64,000 nucleotides of DNA from NCBI GenBank assembly GCA_965223325.1, contig CBDCWI010000002.1, positions 4,256,001 through 4,320,000 on the forward strand, read 5' to 3'. Made by a program: the position numbers and the translations under genes. Under the pieces are notes generated by a model, which was not told the origin of the DNA, searched no databases, and worked only from the letters and a program-made list of their open reading frames with translations. The stretch comes from Candidatus Multivoradales bacterium. Lineage in GTDB: Bacteria; Acidobacteriota; Thermoanaerobaculia; Multivoradales; Multivoraceae. Each line of letters opens with the position of its first letter. Position 1 is the stretch's first letter. This document shows, piece by piece, positions 58,077 to 64,000 of the stretch.

Positions 58077-59231
58077 ATGACCACCATCGATCTACAGACA
58101 ATCACCAGGTCTCTCCTACCCGACTTCGCCGCCCGCGCCGCCGCGGCTGACCTCTCGGGTGAGTTCGTAAGCGCCAACTACGCCGATCTGAAAAAGGCGC
58201 GCGTGTTCTCGGCGCTCGTACCAGTCGAGCTCGGCGGTGGTGGGGCGACGCATGGTCAGGTCGCAGATTTCATTCGCTCCGTTGGTCAAACCTGCGGCTC
58301 GACGGCCCTGGCGCTGGCGATGCATCAGCACCTGGTTGCGGCAGCGGTCTACAAGCACCGGCGCGGGTTGCCTGGCAAGGCCTTGCTCGAGAAGGTCGCC
58401 GGCACGCAGGCGGTTCTGGTGAGCACCGGTGCCAAGGACTGGCTCGAGTCGAACGGCGAGATGACCCGTGTCGAGGGTGGCTATCGGGTCACGGCGCGCA
58501 AACCGTTTGCGAGTGGGTCGCCCGCGGGTGCGCTGTTTGTGACCTCAGCGCGCTTCCAGGACCCGGTGACGGGGCCGCATGTCCTGCACTTCGGGGTTCC
58601 CCGATCGGCTCCTGGTGTGCGGGTCGAGGAGGACTGGGACACGATGGGAATGCGCGCTACGGGCTCGAACACCGTAACGTTCGAGAACGTCTTCGTGCCA
58701 GACGACGCGATCGCTCTGGCGCGGCCGGCTGGCGCCTACCATCCGGCCTGGAACGTCGTGCTGACGGTCGCGATGCCGCTGATCATTGCGGCCTACGTCG
58801 GAGTGGCCGAAGCCGCTGCCGAGCGAAGTCTCGAGCTCGCACAGAAAAGGGCTGCCGACCAGGATGTTCAGATGTCAGTGGGGGAGATGATCAACGAGTT
58901 GCGTACCGCCCAACTCGCGCTTCGCGACATGATCGCTCTTTGCAACGACTTCGAGACCAACACAACGACCGAAATCACAGCCGAGATCCTGGCGCGAAAG
59001 ACAATCGCGGCGAGAGCCATCGAGAACACGGTCGATCTAGCGCTCGATGTCGCCGGTGGCTTCGGATTCCACCGTGCTTCGGGAATCGAACGACTGGTGC
59101 GTGACGCCCATGGAGTACGCTTTCACCCACTGACCGCGAAGCGGCAGCAGACCTTCACGGGTCGCGTCACCATGGGCCTCGACCCGATTGCCGACCCCGC
59201 CGTGCGGCCGGCGCGCATCGAAGCGGCCTAG
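58077..59231 (+). CDS. Acyl-CoA dehydrogenase superfamily protein (hydroxylase/DszC-SfnB-like branch)
   Basis: VPVELGGGG, GSTALALAMHQH, RKPFASGS, WDTMGMRATGS, IERLVRDA. Confidence 0.88.
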   Translation: MTTIDLQTITRSLLPDFAARAAAADLSGEFVSANYADLKKARVFSALVPVELGGGGATHGQVADFIRSVGQTCGSTALALAMHQHLVAAAVYKHRRGLPGKALLEKVAGTQAVLVSTGAKDWLESNGEMTRVEGGYRVTARKPFASGSPAGALFVTSARFQDPVTGPHVLHFGVPRSAPGVRVEEDWDTMGMRATGSNTVTFENVFVPDDAIALARPAGAYHPAWNVVLTVAMPLIIAAYVGVAEAAAERSLELAQKRAADQDVQMSVGEMINELRTAQLALRDMIALCNDFETNTTTEITAEILARKTIAARAIENTVDLALDVAGGFGFHRASGIERLVRDAHGVRFHPLTAKRQQTFTGRVTMGLDPIADPAVRPARIEAA

Positions 59232-59250
59232 CCCGAACCACAGGCACCTG

Positions 59251-59295
59251 CGAAAGGTCACGGTGCGCTGTAGCATCGAGACCGTGACCTTTTCG
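59251..59295 (+). terminator. Inverted repeat with U tract after the acyl-CoA dehydrogenase gene
   Basis: CGAAAGGTCACGGT (59251-59264) and ACCGTGACCTTTTCG (59281-59295). Confidence 0.55.
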
Positions 59296-62163
59296 TGCAA
59301 CCGCTACGGCCTGCCTGTCCTAAGCGTTGTTCTCGGTGCACTTGTGACCTCGCTGGCCGCCGCTCCAGGTGCGCAGCCGACTGCGCCTTCAGATGCTTCC
59401 TCGGCGTCGTTCGAGGAGGTGGCAAGGCAGATCAGGGTCGACTTCGAACACGACGCTGGCGCCCGTGGCGAGCTCTTGTTCCCCGAGATCATGGGCGCTG
59501 GCGTGGCCCTGTTCGACTACGACGGTGACCGGGATCTCGATCTCTTCTTCGTTCAGGGCGGGCCCCTCCGGGGCACACCCGTCGTGGGTGGCGACCGGCT
59601 CTTGCGCAACGACCTGGTGGTCGACAAAGACGGTGAGGCCACGTTGCGCTTTGTCGACGTCACGACCGAGAGTGGAGTGCGAAGTATCGGGCATGGCATC
59701 GGGGTCGCGGTCGGCGATGTCGACGGAGACGGTTGGCCGGACATTTTCACCACCCGCTACGGCCCCGATCAGTTGTGGCGCAACAACGGTGACGGAACCT
59801 TCGTGGATCAGAGTGCAGCGGCTGGAGTTTCCGGCGATGGTTCGTGGAGCTCGGGAGCGGCCTTCGTTGATTTCGATCGCGACGGTGATCTCGACCTTTT
59901 CGTCAATCGATATGTCGACTACCAACTGGCCAATCCGCCGCGCTGTGTCACCGATCGGGCAGAGCGCGACTACTGCGGACCGACCGCCGTGCCGCCGCTC
60001 TCGGATCGTCTGTTCGAGAACCGGGGCAACGGCACCTTCAAAGACGTTTCGCTAGCTGCGGGGATCGCCGCATTGTCTGGTGCCGGGCTGGGCGTGATCG
60101 CTCTTGACTTCGACGCCGACGGTTGGCTCGACTTCGTGGTCTCGAACGACCAGATGGACAACTACGCGTTCCGCAATCGTGGCGACGGCTCCTTCGAGGA
60201 CGAGGCGCTGTGGCGAGGTTTAGCGGTCAACGGTCGTGGTCGCGCAGAGGCCAGTATGGGAATCGCCGTCGGTGACGTCGACCAGGACGGCCGCTTCGAT
60301 CTCCTGATGAGTCACCTGAAGGGTGAGACCCATACGCTCTACCGCAACGACGGCGAGACATTTAGCGACGAGACCGATCGTCGCGGTCTTGCGTCTCCGA
60401 GCCTCGCGTTGACGGGTTTCGGGGTTGCGTTTGTCGATGTCGACAGCGATCGCGACCTCGACCTGGTGGCGACGCATGGCGCGGTGCGGAGGCTCGAGGT
60501 GAATGAGGCAGGCAGTGGCTCACACTTCGCCCAGCCCGACTTCGTGTTGACGAACGACGGTCGTGGCCACTTCGTTTCCGCCCCCGATGCTCTCGCCTCA
60601 GACAGTGGTCCGCACGCCGGCAGAGGGTTGGCGGTCGGCGATCTCGACCAGGATGGCGATCCTGACGTCGTCATCAGCAACAATGACGGTCCGGCAGAGG
60701 TCTATCTCAACCGTGCTGAGGCGCCGCACTGGATCGGCATCGAGCTGCGCGCCCCCGGGGCCTATCGCGAGGCAGCGGTGGTGACTGCCCACGGCGAGGG
60801 GTTCCGGTTGAAGAGTCGTTCGGCGCGTCACGGGAGCTTCGCCTCGGCGAGTGATCCGCGGGTGTTGTTCGGCCTCGGCGATGGCAAAGGTCCGGTCGCA
60901 ATTGATGTGCTCTGGACCGATGGGAAACGAGAGAGCTACGGACCGTTCGAGGCGGGGCGCTATCACCTGGTGGTGCGCGGAACGGGCGCACAGGGCGACG
61001 ACGCTTTTCCGGTGTCCGCCCGGGAGCGATCCTCGGTCGAGGTGACCCCTCAGCGTGACGGACCGGTTGTGCAAGACAGACCTATCGCTGAGACGACAAG
61101 CGTGTGGCCTGATCTGACGGCCACCGAACCCGAGGTGAGAGAGCTCCTCTTGGAGTGGCGCAGCCGTGTCGAAGCGCTGCCTGAAGACGAAGCGCCGGCA
61201 CTCCTTTCTCCGCGGGCAAAGAGAGAACGGGTCGCGGTCTTCGGCGAGGCGGGCCGCCGCTTCCTTGCTCATCGCTACTTCGAGACTGCCGCCTGGCTTC
61301 TCGAGCGCGCGGCTTCAATCGAGCGCGAAGAATCTGGCTGGTGGAACTTGCTCGCTCATGCTGCAAGTGGGAGTGGCGATCTCGATCGGGCGATCGAGGC
61401 CAATGCACGACTCCTCGAGATCGAGCCAGACAACGCGTCGGCGCTGGTTCGCGGCGCGCGCTGGGCGATCTCGCGTGGGACAGTCGCGCAAGATGATGCA
61501 TCGCGATGGTTGGAACGCGCGCTCGAGATCTCGAAGGGCTCGAAAGCGACCACGGCCGCGGCTGCGGCCGAGCTGGGGCGCCTTGCTCTCGAGTCCGGCG
61601 ATGCCGGCCGAGCCATCGCCCACTTCGAATCGGCACTGGCCGCGGTGCCCGAAGCCAACCGACTGCACTACGAACTCGCCGTTCTCTACCGTCGCGCCGG
61701 CAACCTCGAGCGCGCCCGCTGGCATTTGGCGCGGCGAGGAAGGGTTGGCGTGCGGGTGCCTGATCTCCAGGTCGACGCCCTCGGCGAGCTCGTCGTGGGT
61801 GCCGACGTGCCGGCGCTCGAGGCCCGTTCTGCGTTCGCCGCCGGCGACTCGCGAACGGCGGTGAACCTGTTCAACCGGGCGATCGAGGCTGATCCCACGC
61901 GGCTGGATCTACGCATCAACCTGGCGGCGGCGCTCGGACAACTCGGGGGCCCTGAGAATATCGAGCGGGCGCTACAGCAGCTCGACCTGGTCCTGGCGAC
62001 GCAACCCCAGAACCGCGGTGCGCTCATCAACCGGGCCTTTCTGCTCGAGGCGGCGGGTGAGCACGAGCGCGCATTGGCCGCCTACCAGGCAGCGCTAGCG
62101 GTTGCGCCCGGAGACTCCGAGCTCGAGCGGCGCCTCGAGGCGCTCGCGTCCTCCAACCGCTGA
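59284..62163 (+). CDS. CRTAC1 (FG-GAP + ASPIC/UnbV)-TPR fusion protein
   Basis: EIMGAGVALFDYDGD, many DxDxDG repeats, C-x8-CGP, GSFASASDPRVLFGLG, then TPRs. Start uncertain (GTG 59284 chosen). Confidence 0.88.
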   Translation: MTFSCNRYGLPVLSVVLGALVTSLAAAPGAQPTAPSDASSASFEEVARQIRVDFEHDAGARGELLFPEIMGAGVALFDYDGDRDLDLFFVQGGPLRGTPVVGGDRLLRNDLVVDKDGEATLRFVDVTTESGVRSIGHGIGVAVGDVDGDGWPDIFTTRYGPDQLWRNNGDGTFVDQSAAAGVSGDGSWSSGAAFVDFDRDGDLDLFVNRYVDYQLANPPRCVTDRAERDYCGPTAVPPLSDRLFENRGNGTFKDVSLAAGIAALSGAGLGVIALDFDADGWLDFVVSNDQMDNYAFRNRGDGSFEDEALWRGLAVNGRGRAEASMGIAVGDVDQDGRFDLLMSHLKGETHTLYRNDGETFSDETDRRGLASPSLALTGFGVAFVDVDSDRDLDLVATHGAVRRLEVNEAGSGSHFAQPDFVLTNDGRGHFVSAPDALASDSGPHAGRGLAVGDLDQDGDPDVVISNNDGPAEVYLNRAEAPHWIGIELRAPGAYREAAVVTAHGEGFRLKSRSARHGSFASASDPRVLFGLGDGKGPVAIDVLWTDGKRESYGPFEAGRYHLVVRGTGAQGDDAFPVSARERSSVEVTPQRDGPVVQDRPIAETTSVWPDLTATEPEVRELLLEWRSRVEALPEDEAPALLSPRAKRERVAVFGEAGRRFLAHRYFETAAWLLERAASIEREESGWWNLLAHAASGSGDLDRAIEANARLLEIEPDNASALVRGARWAISRGTVAQDDASRWLERALEISKGSKATTAAAAAELGRLALESGDAGRAIAHFESALAAVPEANRLHYELAVLYRRAGNLERARWHLARRGRVGVRVPDLQVDALGELVVGADVPALEARSAFAAGDSRTAVNLFNRAIEADPTRLDLRINLAAALGQLGGPENIERALQQLDLVLATQPQNRGALINRAFLLEAAGEHERALAAYQAALAVAPGDSELERRLEALASSNR

Positions 62164-62182
62164 GGCGGGCGCTGGCGGTCGA

Positions 62183-63889
62183 CTACTCGGAGACCGAGCT
62201 CTGTCGCTCTTCCATTTCCTGGAGGCGGCTGCGTAGTGCCTCGATTTCGCTCTTGCTATCGAGGAGCTGGCGATAGAGCTCTTGAATCGCTGCCAGGGCA
62301 ACGCCGTCGGCGTCCGAGTAGGAGATGTGACGCTCGCTAGCGCCGAGCTTGAAGGCCTCGTAGAAGTCCTGAGCGACCGGGCCGAGGTGGGGAATTGCCT
62401 CGCCGTCATCGCGGTAGTTCCAGTGCAGGATCGGAACCTGAATCAGCCTCTCGAGGACCTGTGCAGAATTCACCGCAGCGAAGTTCTCCTTGGCGTTGCG
62501 GTCGGAGAAGCCGTTGACGGTGCCGGTCGTCGTCAGGTTGCCGCTCGAGTCGACCAGCAACTGCTCTGTTCCGGGAGTCGCGCTGAGTGACAGGCTGTAC
62601 TGGGTCTCGGAATAGGTCTCGTGCCACGTGCTCGCGCCGGCCTTGAACGCCGTCTGGATGGTTGCGTCAGCCGTGCCGTTGTCGGTGTACGACAGAGTCG
62701 TGCGGTTCAGGTCGGCATCCCAGGTCTGTACCCAGGTGTCGGTCTTGGACTGCACGCGCGACTCGATGTTGCTGCCGGTGTCGCGGATGTGCAGGTGTGA
62801 ATCGGGCGTGCTGGTTCCCAGGCCGATATGTCCGCTACTCCCCTTGATGGTGAGTGCATCACCCGGAGCGTCAGGGAAGATGCGAAAGACGAGCTCCGAA
62901 CCATTGGTGACGTCGCGGATGAAGAAGTTGGCTTCGTTCCCTGCCAGGTCCCAGGTCTGGGGCGTGAAACCGCTCGAGCCGTCCTGCTCGAGACGATAGG
63001 TCGGAGTGTTCCCGTCGACCATGTGAAGCTGGGTGACCGGGGTGGAAGATCCCAGTCCGAGGCGCCCTCCGTCGTCAACGTAGAGCGAATTGCTCGGTGC
63101 ACCGGCTTCGAGTGTGAAGGGCACGCGCGCGCCGTCGATGTCGGTAATCGAGAATTTGTTGGCGCCACCGTTCGAGGAGTCGTTGGCAGTGAGTTCCCAG
63201 TCGCGGGAGGGGAAGGACGCTGTGTTGCTGGTGTCCTGGAACTTGATGCGTAGGTTGTTCTCTTTGGTGCGGATGGTGTCGAATCCGAACGACTCACCAT
63301 TGGAGCAGTCTTGCCCGACGCAGAGGCTTTGCGTGACGATCAAGTCGTCGTTGATCTGCTGGTCGCGTGTTGTAACGCCTGCGGCGTCCTGGACGGCTGC
63401 CGAGCGCGTTGCGGTGCTTTCGGCAAGGTCGGGGTCCGCGATGGACCCGGCCTGCACCGTAAAGCTGCCGAAGCGCACAGGAATCGCCTGTACCAGTGGT
63501 TGGAACAGGCGTGTCGAAAGCCGGCCCGCCGCTTCGGCTTCGCGCAGGTTGGCGGCCATGTCGCGGGTTTCGGCGTTGACGCTGGGTACAAAGCGCAGTT
63601 CGTAGCTGTAGTTGCCGTCGAGGCTGCGGCCGTTCAGAGCGGCCAGGTCCGCGAGGTGATCGACGGTAAGCGACAACGGCGACCCGGCATCGATGCGGAA
63701 GGTTTCGATTCCCGCCGGTCCTGAAACCGTGAGTACCGCGCTTTCCCAAGCCTGCTGCGGTTCGGCGAAGTCGAGACCTTCGGAAAGCGTGCGCACGTCC
63801 TGGCCATAGGCGATCGAAGCGGCGAGGACACAAAGAGCCAGTAGGGAAAACAGGCGAAGGAGGGGGCGGGAAGAGAGCTTGGTGTTCAT
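62183..63889 (-). CDS. Secreted fibre-like protein with C-terminal intramolecular chaperone (Peptidase S74) domain
   Basis: Signal peptide (AYG-Q); DLIV..SLCVGQDC..FGFDTIR.KENNLRI, repeated G.(L/I)GLGT.TP...LH motifs; FSDRNAKENF (Ser..Lys), W.Y, HLGPVAQDF, terminal coiled coil. Confidence 0.87.
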   Translation of the reverse strand: MNTKLSSRPLLRLFSLLALCVLAASIAYGQDVRTLSEGLDFAEPQQAWESAVLTVSGPAGIETFRIDAGSPLSLTVDHLADLAALNGRSLDGNYSYELRFVPSVNAETRDMAANLREAEAAGRLSTRLFQPLVQAIPVRFGSFTVQAGSIADPDLAESTATRSAAVQDAAGVTTRDQQINDDLIVTQSLCVGQDCSNGESFGFDTIRTKENNLRIKFQDTSNTASFPSRDWELTANDSSNGGANKFSITDIDGARVPFTLEAGAPSNSLYVDDGGRLGLGSSTPVTQLHMVDGNTPTYRLEQDGSSGFTPQTWDLAGNEANFFIRDVTNGSELVFRIFPDAPGDALTIKGSSGHIGLGTSTPDSHLHIRDTGSNIESRVQSKTDTWVQTWDADLNRTTLSYTDNGTADATIQTAFKAGASTWHETYSETQYSLSLSATPGTEQLLVDSSGNLTTTGTVNGFSDRNAKENFAAVNSAQVLERLIQVPILHWNYRDDGEAIPHLGPVAQDFYEAFKLGASERHISYSDADGVALAAIQELYRQLLDSKSEIEALRSRLQEMEERQSSVSE

Positions 63890-64000
63890 TGTGTTTCGAT
63901 CCGTGAGTCGGTGTCGGGTGTCATGGGTGCGCGGAGGGGCTTGTCTTCTTGTGGGCTTGGGAGGGAACGTCAGGGGTCGGAGAGGTCCCAGGCACCGGTG

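Noticed and set aside
57851-58177. N-terminal extension of PadR (228 aa in the track)
   Set aside because: Overlaps the divergent acyl-CoA dehydrogenase start; the PadR domain and SD fit ATG 57850.
62183-63889. Prophage tail gene
   Set aside because: The protein has a signal peptide, and no phage structural, integrase or lysis genes are in the window.

Overview
GC-rich bacterial chromosomal segment with about 43 protein-coding genes. I found no rRNA, tRNA, CRISPR array, IS or prophage. The gene content (PadR plus ADOP duplicated permease, two Acidobacterial VWFA-type proteins, an Oar-like TonB-dependent receptor, CRTAC1/ASPIC-UnbV proteins, many TPR proteins, a C-terminal 'DGFESGD..RWS' motif) points to Acidobacteriota, probably Thermoanaerobaculia-like; this is inference. 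Main blocks: (1) a five-gene porin-cytochrome extracellular electron transfer cluster at 10704-15007 (decaheme MtrA/DmsE-type, MtrB/PioB-type barrel, tetraheme NapC/CymA, a 2-TM protein, a monoheme cytochrome c with a probable His distal ligand, and no MtrC); (2) a ~23 kb beta-glucan/glucose utilisation locus at 31049-54609 (pgl-zwf-eda / edd, TBDR-GH3-SSS-glk, LacI) with two matching LacI-type operators, which encloses a TPR-TPR-CRTAC1-VWA operon where a SusD might be expected; (3) an orphan DUF4157 HEXXH protein with an NLS-like motif and a hairpin that hides its ribosome-binding site; (4) a signal-peptide protein with a tailspike S74 chaperone domain. Also seen: an in-frame amber codon, a frameshifted gene, a sulfatase-like remnant and several probable leaderless genes. 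All calls come from reading motifs by eye; no database searches were run, and adjusted start codons are my estimates.
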